Shown in pieces: positions 37,143 to 47,412 of a DNA stretch of 64,000 bases; positions within the stretch are counted from its first letter, which is position 1, and the number at the start of each line of letters is the position of its first letter. The stretch is from a virus. Below the pieces are notes generated by a model. The model did not search any database and was not told the DNA's origin. It worked only from the letters and a program-made list of their open reading frames with translations. The position numbers and the translations under genes are program-made. The DNA is taken from positions 32,001 through 96,000 of IMG/VR virus record IMGVR_UViG_3300036760_000306. One strand, written 5' to 3'.

Positions 37143-37850
37143 ATGTTGATCGGGATTTCGGGTTTAGCGGGCTCAGGCAAGGACGCGGCGGCGAACTTCC
37201 TGGTTGAGGACTATGGCTTCACCAAGGTTGCGCTCGCAGACCCTTTGAAGCGCATAGCCCAGTATGTCTACGCCTTCACGGACGAACAGCTCTGGGGGCC
37301 TAGCCATTTCCGCAACGCCCCAGATGAGCGGTACCCACGGCCTTGTAAGACCTGCGGTGGTGCTGGTGACAAGGTGCCTAGCAGACAGGAGCCCCTGATC
37401 CCTTGTCTGGGGTGTCATGGGGCTCGGGTCACCTATCTTGCGCCACGAGAATGTCTCCAAAAGATCGGCACAGAGTTCGGCCGCGAGTGCTATCCCAACA
37501 CATGGGTGGACCTCTGCATCCGAACCTCCAAAGAACTACTAGCTGACAAAGAAGCTCGGTACGATCAAAAGCATGGTCGATACCGTTCTACAGGCGAGTC
37601 TCATAGCAGAGTCCTAGGCGTCGCGGTCCCTGACGTGCGGTTCCTCAACGAAGTCCAGGCCATCAAGCAAGCGGGCGGCAAGGTGATCAGGATCTCGCGC
37701 CCTGGGGCTGGGCTCGATGGTGCGGGTGCCCTCCATACGTCCGAGACAGAACAGGCGGGGTTACCCGACTCGATGTTCGACCAGGTGATCCAGAACACGG
37801 GGACTCTCGAAGAACTTAGGGCTGCGGTCCAGGCGTTCCTCAGCGCTTAA
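37143..37850 (+). CDS. Deoxynucleoside monophosphate kinase with a zinc-finger insert
   Basis: GLAGSGKD, ADPLK, LQKIGTE, DVRF.NE, H.SE; CxxCxG insert. Confidence 0.9.
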   Translation: MLIGISGLAGSGKDAAANFLVEDYGFTKVALADPLKRIAQYVYAFTDEQLWGPSHFRNAPDERYPRPCKTCGGAGDKVPSRQEPLIPCLGCHGARVTYLAPRECLQKIGTEFGRECYPNTWVDLCIRTSKELLADKEARYDQKHGRYRSTGESHSRVLGVAVPDVRFLNEVQAIKQAGGKVIRISRPGAGLDGAGALHTSETEQAGLPDSMFDQVIQNTGTLEELRAAVQAFLSA

Positions 37851-37854
37851 AAAA

Positions 37855-37889
37855 CAAGAGGCCGCTGGGACGAATCCCGCAGCCTCTTG
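37855..37889. terminator. Stem-loop between convergent genes
   Basis: CAAGAGGC...GCCTCTTG, with a T-run on the minus strand. Confidence 0.7.
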
Positions 37890-37908
37890 CCTGACCGTGA
37901 GCCGAACC

Positions 37909-38241
37909 TCAGTCTTCGCTGGGCTCGTCTTCGTCCTCACCAGCGTCCTCGGAATCGTCGTCCTTCTTGGACTTCTTCTTCTTGGACTTCACCTCTTTGA
38001 CCGGAGCTGCGGCGGCAGCCGGGGCAGCTTTCTCTTCCCCAGAGCGCACACGCAGCACCTTGTCCACGAGGGCAATCAGGTGATCCGCCGAGTGCTTGTC
38101 AGCACCCTCCGGAACGGCGACGGGGCCTGCTTCTGCTTCCAGTTCCGCAGCATAACCGGCCGCATTGGCGATCTGTCGGTCGTATTGCTTGGCCGCTTGG
38201 CAGCGAGTTCGGAATTCAGTTAACTCTTGTGTTGTCATCAT
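37909..38241 (-). CDS. Hypothetical protein with Lys/acidic tail
   Basis: GAGG SD. Confidence 0.6.
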   Translation of the reverse strand: MMTTQELTEFRTRCQAAKQYDRQIANAAGYAAELEAEAGPVAVPEGADKHSADHLIALVDKVLRVRSGEEKAAPAAAAAPVKEVKSKKKKSKKDDDSEDAGEDEDEPSED

Positions 38242-39091
38242 TCGCCTCTTGCTTCTGTTGGGGGATAAGAGAATTCTGCAAAAGTTGATCGAGTAGCGGT
38301 CGCCGTTTAGCTCGACCACTCGCAAGCTCTGCTGCCATCACCTTGCTTTTGGCAACCTTTTCCTGATCGATAGGTAGACATGCGCCAGCATTAGCCGGGT
38401 CACGTGGATCACCCCAGTAGGTGTTGGCCATCCTATGCCCAACATTCAGCGGGCAGAACTTGCGGGCTACCCCATGGTGGTAGTCCATTTCCCCGCCCCA
38501 CTGAATGGGCTTACCTGGGACGGTCTCTGGGACTATCCCGCTATAGTAGAGTTGCCGGACTTGCTCTCGAAACGACGTCCACCCTCTAACCGTAGACTTC
38601 CACGTACCCGAACAGCCAGTGGGTATTGATCGCTTAGTCACGGGATCCTTTCCCGTACACTCAATCCAACCCTGCGGAACGTCGTCTCCTGTCATCGGCA
38701 AGTAACTGATCCAAACCTGACGCAAATCCTTGAAGGGCTTGCGGCGGGTGACCCCCGACGTTTGAGAGAACAGTGTTTTCAGTAGGGACTTGTCGGAACG
38801 CATCTCGCGCATGTTCTCCAGCGTCTGGAGCAACTTCTGGGCTTCACTGAAACTGAATCCGCCTTCACTTACACAGACTTTGGTGAGCCACTCGTTTTCT
38901 TCTGCACTCTTTCGTACAGATCTTCGAGGCTCACGCACAGGGATCACGGGTTCAAGAGGAACCACGGGAACCACGGCCACAAGTGCCGCCGGGGGCGTGT
39001 GGTTGGGGACAGCGATAGAGGCAACTTGATCTTGTGCCGCTCCGTTTGAACACGCTGCCATGAAAAGGATGATTGATACTGACTTCCGCAT
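38216..39091 (-). CDS. Putative lipoprotein
   Basis: MRKSVSIILFMAAC lipobox-like signal, Pro/Val linker. Confidence 0.65.
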   Translation of the reverse strand: MRKSVSIILFMAACSNGAAQDQVASIAVPNHTPPAALVAVVPVVPLEPVIPVREPRRSVRKSAEENEWLTKVCVSEGGFSFSEAQKLLQTLENMREMRSDKSLLKTLFSQTSGVTRRKPFKDLRQVWISYLPMTGDDVPQGWIECTGKDPVTKRSIPTGCSGTWKSTVRGWTSFREQVRQLYYSGIVPETVPGKPIQWGGEMDYHHGVARKFCPLNVGHRMANTYWGDPRDPANAGACLPIDQEKVAKSKVMAAELASGRAKRRPLLDQLLQNSLIPQQKQEANDDNTRVN

Positions 39092-39387
39092 AAACGTCTC
39101 CTGGTGATGGCATCCTTTGAGTGCACAAACCCTCCCTACTCCTTGTCTTCGGATTCAGATCAGCCACGCTAGTAGCGTCGTGATTAACGCCTTGACTGTG
39201 TTGACTACGATTCTGAGTCCCTGGGCTCGATGTGCAATCTTACACTCGTCCGGGTGCTGTAGAGTACCTTGTAATGTTGTAACAAGAGAACTATCGTAAA
39301 AGTTGGCACATTTGTTGCATACCCAATGATCTGAGTAGCCTGCCTCTAATACACCAACCGCGCACAGTTTTTGGTGTATACACCCCC

Positions 39388-39837
39388 ATGACATCGAAAA
39401 GCAATTCGACGAATGCTGCGAGCCACCGGATCCTACTCGGTAAAGACCCGACAGAAACTCAGATTAGGTTGTATGAGAATTTCCCCGCCTTTCGGGGTTT
39501 TTCGGACAAGACCCTAAATCCTGAGGTCTTGGAGGCTACGATCGTTTTGGGGCTAACCTTCGGGTTGGCACGGGATCGAGTCTTCGTGTTAGCTCCGGTA
39601 GCACACGAGGACTGGGTACTCGCAGAGTTCAACAAAGTCACAGATCTTGTGTTCAACGAGTGCAAGAAGAACCCTAACCGAGTCCGAATCGCCGAAGGTT
39701 ACGGTAGGCTGTTCAAGAAGCTGGCCATCATGGGGCGGTTGTTGCAGTTCAAGGAGGAGCCGGTCCGTTGGGTTTCGTTCGGCTTCTCCGCAGAGGATCC
39801 GATTCCTGAGTGGATGCCGCAACGTCTACTCAAGTAG
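39388..39837 (+). CDS. Hypothetical protein
   Basis: GGTGTA 9 nt upstream. Confidence 0.7.
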   Translation: MTSKSNSTNAASHRILLGKDPTETQIRLYENFPAFRGFSDKTLNPEVLEATIVLGLTFGLARDRVFVLAPVAHEDWVLAEFNKVTDLVFNECKKNPNRVRIAEGYGRLFKKLAIMGRLLQFKEEPVRWVSFGFSAEDPIPEWMPQRLLK

Positions 39838-40243
39838 GCTCGTCGTCTTTGGCCAGGTGGTCGAACAACGTAACCGGCGGTTGAGCGGGAGGTTGAGCGA
39901 CCGGCGGTTGAACCGGGGCGACTTCGGGTGTGACGGGTGTCCTGGTAACGGTGGTGGTTCTGGTTTGGAACAGACCACCACCCCACGGCTGACGGCGCGT
40001 CACAGGCACACCAAGCCAGCCGTCAAAAACGTCGTCCATCCTGTCGAAGACCTCCCCCATTCGGTCGAACACTTCATCTTCGTCACGCCGTTGTAAGGCG
40101 CGTATACGTTCCACGTCCTGGGGGACAGTCGGAGGTTGAGCAGGTTCCGGAAGAGGTGCGGGCTTGGGCCGTGTCCAGAGGTAGATCAGGCACGCCCCCA
40201 AGAGGATGCCCGTAACCAGCATACCGATTCCGATCAGGATCAT
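39830..40243 (-). CDS. Membrane-anchored protein with C-terminal TLFDHL-acidic tail
   Basis: N-terminal TM helix; ends PPVTLFDHLAKDDEPT. Confidence 0.75.
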   Translation of the reverse strand: MILIGIGMLVTGILLGACLIYLWTRPKPAPLPEPAQPPTVPQDVERIRALQRRDEDEVFDRMGEVFDRMDDVFDGWLGVPVTRRQPWGGGLFQTRTTTVTRTPVTPEVAPVQPPVAQPPAQPPVTLFDHLAKDDEPT

Positions 40244-40290
40244 CCTCTAGGGTACACCAGGCGAAAGCTCTTGTGCGCCACGTACAGTAG

Positions 40291-40887
40291 ATGGCCGCCC
40301 TCATGCTTCAAGTCCCCGCCGAAACTGCTCGTGTGCTGCACGAGCTTCCGGTCCCGGGCAATCGAGAACGTCATGACCCTCATGTGACGGTCATGTATTT
40401 GGGCAAGAATCTACCGATCGAGCGCATCGGTGAAATGCTGCCCGTGATCTACGACGTGACCTCCAAGACGCTGCCCTTCTCGGTGTCCACGAGTCACGTC
40501 TCCTGCTTCCCTGGGGGTGATGACGGGGTGCCGGTGATTGCTCAGATCGATTCACCGGAGCTACATCGCTTCCGAAAGAAGTTAACGCAGGCATTCGAGG
40601 CGGCCGACATCCCTTACGACCGGAAGCACCCTGAGTACAAGCCGCACACCACCCTCGCGTACGATCCTGATCCCGACACGGAAGTGGACCTCGACATCCC
40701 CGAAGTCTCGTGGGGGGCCCATGAGCTGGTGCTATGGGGCGCTGACCGGGGCACGGGGCGGTTGGTGGTCAAGTTCCCGCTGAGCCTACCCAATGGGAAG
40801 GTGGCGAGTACCTCGTCTCACGCTGCACTCTACCGAGCGGCCGTGCGGCTCTCACTTTGGGGACACCGCGATAAGCTTGTCGGTTGA
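40291..40887 (+). CDS. 2H phosphoesterase (Acb1 or 2'-5' RNA ligase-like)
   Basis: Two HxT motifs, HVTVMYLG and YKPHTTLAY. Confidence 0.85.
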   Translation: MAALMLQVPAETARVLHELPVPGNRERHDPHVTVMYLGKNLPIERIGEMLPVIYDVTSKTLPFSVSTSHVSCFPGGDDGVPVIAQIDSPELHRFRKKLTQAFEAADIPYDRKHPEYKPHTTLAYDPDPDTEVDLDIPEVSWGAHELVLWGADRGTGRLVVKFPLSLPNGKVASTSSHAALYRAAVRLSLWGHRDKLVG

Positions 40888-41156
40888 TTGCTCGCCACGG
40901 CGCAGCATGTTCAAGCAATAGGTGCATTTTGGTACGTGCCGGTCATGTGTGGGGTGCCGCCATGCGAACCCGCCGGGTCGTGGTTTGGGTCTGCCGCACA
41001 GTGGTCCGTCCCCACGGTGGAATATCCAATGGGCCGTGGGTGGCTTGGTAGACCCTCCTCGGTAGAACCAAGCCCCTGTACTGCTGACTTCGTGCATACC
41101 ATTGAATTGTCACAAGAAAATCCATTTTACCACACCACCTTACGTTGTGGGTCCCC

Positions 41157-41831
41157 TTACTCATCATCTGTCATGAGCAGGTGGTCGAACAGCGTGAGGG
41201 GTTTGGGGCCGGTGATTTGGGTGGAGGCCTTGGGGACTACGGTGATGCGGTAGTGCAGAACTTGGCGCATTTCATCGGGGTGGTACACCAAACCCTTGAA
41301 AACATAGCCATCGGGGACAGCTTTGATTCCCAGGCCTCTCTCCGTTTCTACCTGTAGCTGTGTACGATCTCGGACAGCGTAAACCCACCATACGCCGCAC
41401 TGGGGGCAGGTCCATAATGTCGTGTTGGGCTGGTAGGTTTCGCCCAAGACTTCAATAGCCTCCGTCTGAGGACAGATGGAGCATCGCTGCCCCTCAAAGA
41501 ACGTCTCGGTTAACCTCTGTGCAAGCACCTGAGAGTACACACCTCTTGGAACATGTTGCGGGCACACCACCTCGGGGTCTTCTTTCCGGGGACGCTCGTA
41601 CTGCAAAAAGGCACGGTTCCGACAACCTCGTCTGGAGCACACCTGCCAACACTCAGGGGCGGCTCGCTTGAGCTGCCAGGTGGTGTACTGGCGGTTGAAC
41701 CCGACGGCTGCCCGTACCCCCGTTAAGCTTACAAACGTTACGGTGGTCCTATCTACTAGGGCCACAATACCATCGACCCCTGAATGGGTATCGGTCCAGG
41801 TTTCTCCAACCAGGGGTAAGGTAAGCGGCAT
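41157..41831 (-). CDS. Cys-rich protein with C-terminal TLFDHL-acidic tail
   Basis: Several CxxC; ends PLTLFDHLLMTDDE. Confidence 0.7.
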   Translation of the reverse strand: MPLTLPLVGETWTDTHSGVDGIVALVDRTTVTFVSLTGVRAAVGFNRQYTTWQLKRAAPECWQVCSRRGCRNRAFLQYERPRKEDPEVVCPQHVPRGVYSQVLAQRLTETFFEGQRCSICPQTEAIEVLGETYQPNTTLWTCPQCGVWWVYAVRDRTQLQVETERGLGIKAVPDGYVFKGLVYHPDEMRQVLHYRITVVPKASTQITGPKPLTLFDHLLMTDDE

Positions 41832-41912
41832 CTTTTTCCTTTTGTTACCTTTGGTGTAGAGGGCCCCTGTAGCTACACCAACCTGCTCGCTAAGGCGAGC
41901 GTAACCCGTACG

Positions 41913-42335
41913 ATGCCTTCCCCGATTCACCCGCAGGATGTTCAGCGAGCCCTCGTGGCTCTCGGTGTGTCCCAGCAGGATTTTGAGACCATCCGACGGG
42001 TCCCCTTCCCGCAGGCTCAAACGTTGCTGCAAGAGCTAAAGACTAAAGCTCGCCGCAATTACAAGAAGTTGGCTTTTGAGCTGCACCCGGACCGGACACA
42101 AGGCGATGAAACCAAAGCCCAGTTGTTCGTATTGCTTGGCCACGTGCTGGGTGAACTTGACAAGACCACGGTACGCCCACCCCAGCCTCAACCGGCATTT
42201 GCATTCACCGTCACCGCCACCACCGCCACGTGGCAAGCCTGGCAGCAAGGAGTTCCGTCGGCCTCTACAGGCAACGCGAACGCGGGGTTTTCCCCAGCAC
42301 AAGTGATCCGCATTGTAAAGATGCGGCCCAGATAA
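41913..42335 (+). CDS. J-domain (DnaJ-like) protein
   Basis: YKKLAFELHPDR. Confidence 0.75.
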   Translation: MPSPIHPQDVQRALVALGVSQQDFETIRRVPFPQAQTLLQELKTKARRNYKKLAFELHPDRTQGDETKAQLFVLLGHVLGELDKTTVRPPQPQPAFAFTVTATTATWQAWQQGVPSASTGNANAGFSPAQVIRIVKMRPR

Positions 42336-42356
42336 CCAACAATAGGAGAAAGTACG

Positions 42357-42743
42357 TTGTCAGCACCAGTCGATGAGGAGAAGGTTTGCCGTGATTGCAC
42401 GCAGCCATTCGTGTTTTACGTCCGTGATCAGGAGTTCTTCCTTAAAATGAACTTCACGCCCCCGAACCGCTGCAAGCCTTGCCGTGACAAACGCAAGGCT
42501 GAGTCTCGCCGTAACGAGCAATTGAAGCCCCCCAACGGCGCTTCTCCAGGCCGCCCCCCGGTCAGGGCACCCCTTGGTGTGTCTACTTCAAACCCGGTCA
42601 CGGAATACAGGCCGCGTTTCGATGGGGCCGCCCCGCAACGTGCCCCTAACCCCACCACAGTGCCGTCAAGAGACGACAAGAATGACGGTCGGCGGCGTCG
42701 TGGTAAGTGGCGCGAGGATTCGAGGGACGGCGCTGACTGGTGA
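42357..42743 (+). CDS. CxxC-x17-CxxC-like zinc-ribbon protein
   Basis: CRDC..F.F...QEFF....F.PP.RCKPCR. Confidence 0.75.
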   Translation: MSAPVDEEKVCRDCTQPFVFYVRDQEFFLKMNFTPPNRCKPCRDKRKAESRRNEQLKPPNGASPGRPPVRAPLGVSTSNPVTEYRPRFDGAAPQRAPNPTTVPSRDDKNDGRRRRGKWREDSRDGADW

Positions 42744-42750
42744 GTAACCA

Positions 42751-42942
42751 ATGAGCAAGAAAGTCTCAGATTTCCCGGATCAGGTTCTCAAAGTGGGTCT
42801 CAGTCAGCTAGAGCTACAGGCGCTTGCTAGGCTCAAGATACTGCACGGCAAAAAGACGAACTCTGGCCTCATGCGTAAACTCCTTCGGGATTTCGCAAAG
42901 CGGGAGGGAATCGTGGGGCCCAAGAAAACGCCACGCACTTAG
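42751..42942 (+). CDS. Small ribbon-helix-helix-like protein
   Basis: V.L...EL..L..L.......SGLMR.LL. Confidence 0.45.
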   Translation: MSKKVSDFPDQVLKVGLSQLELQALARLKILHGKKTNSGLMRKLLRDFAKREGIVGPKKTPRT

Positions 42943-43018
42943 CACATTGATCTTCCAATTTAGGTTGTTAGCGGTGTAGTACCAGAGTAGAACCGCAATC
43001 AAGACGCGGGCGGGTACT

Positions 43019-44116
43019 ATGGCCTTTTTCTTTCTTCTCGCAATTCCTCTCGTTCTCGGTATTCTAGGGTTCATCGTCCTAAAGACGATTACCTGGCGGG
43101 AGTTCTTGGCCCAAGTCGGGGTACAGCTTCTGATCGCAGGGTTCTCTGCTGGCGTTATTTATTCGTCAAATACCTGGGATACCGAGATCTGGAACGGTTA
43201 CGTCACTGGCAAGAAGAAGGAATGGGTGTCGTGTTCGCACTCGTACCGTTGTCGCTGCCGTAGCGTCCAGAGCTGCTCGGGATCAGGTAAGGACCGTAGC
43301 TGCACCACTCATGAAGAATGCGACACCTGTTATGATCACGCCAATGATTGGGACTGGGAGGTCTACACCTCGCTCAACGAAACCATAGACATTCGCCGAA
43401 TCGATCGTCGTGGATCCAACGAGCCCCCACGTTGGACTGCCGTGCAGTTGAATGAACCTACGTCAAGCGAACACAGCTATACTAACTACATCAAAGCAGC
43501 GCCAGACACCTTGTTCAGGCATCAAGGGCTGACCAATAAGTACCGCAAGATTCTGCCACAGTACCCAGATCAGGTTTACGACTACTACCGGATCAACCGC
43601 CTTGTGCTCGTGAACGGGGCTCGGGTTGAGGATCCGGCGGCTTGGAACCTGAAGCTCTCGGAGATCAACGCGAAGCTTGGGCACCTCAAGCAAGCGAACA
43701 TGGTTGTGGTACTGGTCAAGAACGTGCCGGACGACTTCTACTACGCCCTCGAAGAAGCGTGGGTTGGCGGTAAGAAAAACGACATTGTGCTCGTGGTCGG
43801 GGTTGATGGTCAGCTCGCCCCAAAGTGGTCTGCGGTGATGGCTTGGACCACGCGAGAGCTGTTCAAGATTCAGCTTCGGGACGGCATCATGGACCTCCCC
43901 AAATTGACTCCGGAGGCTGTGATCGGGGTTATGGGTAAGACGGTCCAGCAAGCATACAAGCGTAAGCCGATGGCGGAGTTCGAGTATCTTCAGGCCAGCA
44001 TCACGCCCACCACCACACAGTGGGTTGTGTCGATGATCTTCGGGCTCATGGTAGCGTTTGGGCTCATTTACGCCCTGCACAAGCATGACCTGTTCCAGGG
44101 GGAACGAAGGTGGTAA
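43019..44116 (+). CDS. Membrane protein with Cys-rich extracytoplasmic domain
   Basis: Three TM segments; CSHSYRCRC; W.GGKKND. Confidence 0.75.
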   Translation: MAFFFLLAIPLVLGILGFIVLKTITWREFLAQVGVQLLIAGFSAGVIYSSNTWDTEIWNGYVTGKKKEWVSCSHSYRCRCRSVQSCSGSGKDRSCTTHEECDTCYDHANDWDWEVYTSLNETIDIRRIDRRGSNEPPRWTAVQLNEPTSSEHSYTNYIKAAPDTLFRHQGLTNKYRKILPQYPDQVYDYYRINRLVLVNGARVEDPAAWNLKLSEINAKLGHLKQANMVVVLVKNVPDDFYYALEEAWVGGKKNDIVLVVGVDGQLAPKWSAVMAWTTRELFKIQLRDGIMDLPKLTPEAVIGVMGKTVQQAYKRKPMAEFEYLQASITPTTTQWVVSMIFGLMVAFGLIYALHKHDLFQGERRW

Positions 44117-44135
44117 CCAAGGAAAGCGGAGTGAT

Positions 44136-44699
44136 ATGAGCACTGGATTGAAAATTCTATTGGGGTTGTGTGTGGCGTTCTTCCTGATCGGCGGCTCGTT
44201 CGTCATGTTCATCTTCGGGGTGAAGAACACGTGCGTGGCTAACGAGAAGGGGATTGAGGCTCAGTACGAGCAGAATCAGGCCAACCTAGCGGGGTACACG
44301 AACAAGATCATGGACATGGTGCAGGTCCCAGCGATGGCCAAGAACGCCATCAAAGAGATCGCTCAGGCAGCGATCCAAGGCAGGTATGGCGAAAAGGGCT
44401 CACAGGCTTTGTTCCAAGCCATCCAGGAGCAGAACCCGACGGTGGATCCTGGGCTCTACCGGCAGCTCATGCAGGCCATGGAGGCTGGGCGTAACTCGTT
44501 CGACGCCGACCAGAAGACCGTGATCGACAAGTGCCGGGTCTATGAGACTTACGTGGAGTCAGCTCCACAATCGTTCTTCACGGGGTTCTTCGGTTACCCG
44601 AAGTACGACAAGACCAAGTGCAAGCCCGTGATCACCGAGCAGACCGCCCAGGACTTCAAGACCAAGCGTACCGGCCCGCTTCAGCTTCAAACGCAATGA
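44136..44699 (+). CDS. LemA-like membrane-anchored protein
   Basis: N-terminal TM, helical body, IQEQNP, GRN.F...Q. Confidence 0.6.
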   Translation: MSTGLKILLGLCVAFFLIGGSFVMFIFGVKNTCVANEKGIEAQYEQNQANLAGYTNKIMDMVQVPAMAKNAIKEIAQAAIQGRYGEKGSQALFQAIQEQNPTVDPGLYRQLMQAMEAGRNSFDADQKTVIDKCRVYETYVESAPQSFFTGFFGYPKYDKTKCKPVITEQTAQDFKTKRTGPLQLQTQ

Positions 44700-44738
44700 A
44701 GGGGTCTCCGACCATGCCACCAAAGAAAGAGGAATCCG

Positions 44739-45593
44739 ATGACTGACGAGACGCCAAACCCGCAGGAAGCTTCCGTTGTTCTAGCCACACATGACCCTCA
44801 AGCGGTGGTCATGGAGCCCACGGAGCTGCCCACAGAGGCTCCCTTACCCGTGTCTGAGCACATCGTGGTGGTGGCCAAGACTCGCGAGGAAATGGAGGTC
44901 GCTCAACGCGGTCTGATTGGCTGGATTGGACCCAAGATTGCGGGTCTGGAGCAAGACGTTGTGGAGGCCCAGACCAACCTGGACACAGCCACGAAGCGCA
45001 AGTGGGCCACTACTTCGTTCAAGAAGGCGTTGGGTTTGGCCCAAGGCCGTTTGGGCTACTACAAGCGTATCGAAGCAGCGCTGGAGGCTGGCTACGTGAT
45101 CATGCCGGACCTGCCCGGGACCACGGTCGCGGTGCGGACCTCTCAAGGCAGCCCTCGAAGGACCAGGCACAAGAGTACCTGGGGCCGCCGGGCTTTGCCT
45201 CAGGCTCTTTCTGACGGCAGTGATGTCGGCAAAGGGAAGTACGTTGATCCGAACATGCGGTACACTCATTGGACCGAAACCGGAAAAGACGCCCGAGGAA
45301 ACGATCAGACCACGCATATTGCACGGGCGCATTCGTTCGACAGCGAGTTCGCATTCCCTGTGGCGCTGGTGAAGCCGCAGATCCTGGACGCAGCCAGCCA
45401 AGCCATGTTGCTCAAGGTGTTCGATGAGATCGGCATCATCGGGGCAGGGTCAGCTAGGCCTGGGCAACGGCTTCAAGCGACGCAAGTTCATGGCGATCCG
45501 ATTTTACTTGGTCGTGTGGTTCGTTACGAAGGAATCAAGCGCTTCACTTGCGCCTTCTTGATCACGTGGTGGCTCGACACCCGGACGATCTGA
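44739..45593 (+). CDS. Hypothetical protein
   Basis: GAGGA SD, 284 aa. Confidence 0.7.
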   Translation: MTDETPNPQEASVVLATHDPQAVVMEPTELPTEAPLPVSEHIVVVAKTREEMEVAQRGLIGWIGPKIAGLEQDVVEAQTNLDTATKRKWATTSFKKALGLAQGRLGYYKRIEAALEAGYVIMPDLPGTTVAVRTSQGSPRRTRHKSTWGRRALPQALSDGSDVGKGKYVDPNMRYTHWTETGKDARGNDQTTHIARAHSFDSEFAFPVALVKPQILDAASQAMLLKVFDEIGIIGAGSARPGQRLQATQVHGDPILLGRVVRYEGIKRFTCAFLITWWLDTRTI

Positions 45594-45594
45594 C

Positions 45595-46128
45595 ATGGGT
45601 ACCATGCAAGCAGACACCCTCGCTTGGTTGAAGCGGGGTAAGAAGGAAAAGGCCACGCACCTGATCGTTGTGTGTGACACTTTCGATCACGACGACTACC
45701 CGGTCTTCGTGAAAGCTGGGCAGAACGTCCGAGAGGTGTACACGGAGTACAGCTCAAATAACATGCAACGGGTCATGGAAGTCTACGCGATCCACGCGGA
45801 TTGGGACCAACAACTGAAAACGGGTCGAGTCCTCAACTTCGATCCCCCGCCGTTACGAGTGCCCGTAGCGAAACCCAAGTCAAAGAAGCGGGTGACCAAG
45901 CCCCGCACTCAGTCCAAGCTCACCAAAGCGTTTCTTGCTGACATCCAGAAAGCCATGAAGAAGCAAGCGGTGACCCGGGCGGAGCTGGCTACGAGACTCG
46001 GGTGCAGTCGAGCGCACGTCACGCAACTGCTCAAGGGCAACTCGGACATGACGACCCTCAGCATGGTGCAGCTTGCCGATGCTCTGGGGTTAGCAGTGGT
46101 CGTCACAGTCAAGAAAGCGAGGCGCTAA
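45595..46128 (+). CDS. Phage domain fused to an XRE-type HTH
   Basis: ATHLIVVCDTFD..DYPV; TRAELATRLGCSRAHVTQLL.G. Confidence 0.75.
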   Translation: MGTMQADTLAWLKRGKKEKATHLIVVCDTFDHDDYPVFVKAGQNVREVYTEYSSNNMQRVMEVYAIHADWDQQLKTGRVLNFDPPPLRVPVAKPKSKKRVTKPRTQSKLTKAFLADIQKAMKKQAVTRAELATRLGCSRAHVTQLLKGNSDMTTLSMVQLADALGLAVVVTVKKARR

Positions 46129-46255
46129 GGTGCCCAAGTATCGACTTGAGGTGGCGGCCGGAAGTTACGAGGCCGATACGATCTTTGGGTTGGTTCTGCT
46201 GGTGTATAAGCACCGACTCTGGCATTGGCGGCGTGGCGAAGGATGGACGGACTAG

Positions 46256-46747
46256 ATGACCCAGCCCTGCATCGGACTCTTTGGTACCTGCGACAAGCAC
46301 CGTTGGCGGGATCCGTTCATAGCTCGGTATCGGGAACTCGGGATCGAGTTCTTCAACCCGATGGTGGACGACTGGCACCCGGGCATGGTCCCGCTCGAAG
46401 CCCAGCACTTGGCTGAGGACGAGATCATCCTGTTTCCGATCCTCGGGTGGAGCTACGGTCATGGCTCACTTTCTGAGCTGGGTTTCGGGCCGCTCAAGGC
46501 GCTGCGTCAGAACATGAACCGAAGCTTCGTGTACTTGGTCGAGACCGAGCTTCACGAACGCCTTACGGACCCTGACAGTCGCAAGCACTCCTTGAATGCC
46601 CGCAAGCTCGTGCTGGGCCACCTAAAGGAGCTAGGGGCACCCAACATCTACATGGTGGACTCTCTGGACCGGATGCTCGCAACGAGCCTGGAACTGCATC
46701 GGGTCCACACGACCCTGCGTGATCTCAGGACAGGTACGCACTCGTGA
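46256..46747 (+). CDS. Nucleoside 2-deoxyribosyltransferase-like protein
   Basis: GLFGTC...WR, FFNP.VDDW, SLSE. Confidence 0.7.
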   Translation: MTQPCIGLFGTCDKHRWRDPFIARYRELGIEFFNPMVDDWHPGMVPLEAQHLAEDEIILFPILGWSYGHGSLSELGFGPLKALRQNMNRSFVYLVETELHERLTDPDSRKHSLNARKLVLGHLKELGAPNIYMVDSLDRMLATSLELHRVHTTLRDLRTGTHS

Positions 46748-46769
46748 CAGCCCGAAAGACGAGCATCGA

Positions 46770-47261
46770 ATGGCGTTTATAACAGCAGATCAACTGGTGG
46801 CTCACGCGATTGGTGACTACGTTACTCAGTCTGATTGGATGGCCACCGAAAAGACCAAGCGATCGGTGGCCGCATTGGTCCATTCGCTTGTTTATTCGTT
46901 GGGATTCTTGGTCTTCAGTCCTTCGGCTACGGCTTTTGCATTCATTGCTGTCACGCACTTCGTGATCGACCGTTGGCGATTAGCTCGGTACGTCGTGTGG
47001 GCCAAGAACTGGCTGGCACCGTGGTCTGTGTGCCCCGGTCGCGACTACGAGATCATAGTGGTTGGTGTAACACCAACACTTGGGTGCCAAAACCTGCAAA
47101 GGCATTCTGCACATCCTGTTGCGCCAACCCCGCCGTGGGCAGAGTGTCAGGCCACCGGCTACCCGCCTGATCGTCCTATATGGCTCGCGTTCTGGCTGAT
47201 GATCATCGTAGACAACATGATGCACGTCGCTTGTAACGCTGCGGCTCTGAGGTGGTTATGA
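46770..47261 (+). CDS. DUF3307 membrane protein
   Basis: H..GDY..QSDWMA..K, HF.ID, DN..H. Confidence 0.8.
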   Translation: MAFITADQLVAHAIGDYVTQSDWMATEKTKRSVAALVHSLVYSLGFLVFSPSATAFAFIAVTHFVIDRWRLARYVVWAKNWLAPWSVCPGRDYEIIVVGVTPTLGCQNLQRHSAHPVAPTPPWAECQATGYPPDRPIWLAFWLMIIVDNMMHVACNAAALRWL

Positions 47262-47412
47262 AAGAGAACCTGGCTGACATGCTGTCGAAGACCGCTGACG
47301 TGCTGCATTGGCTCGGGAAGTACGACTCGGCCAACGCCTTGATCCTACTGTCCCGGCTGCTGCGGGCGCACAAGATCGAGAACCTGGATCAGCTTGAGAA
47401 GCTGGTCGTGGA

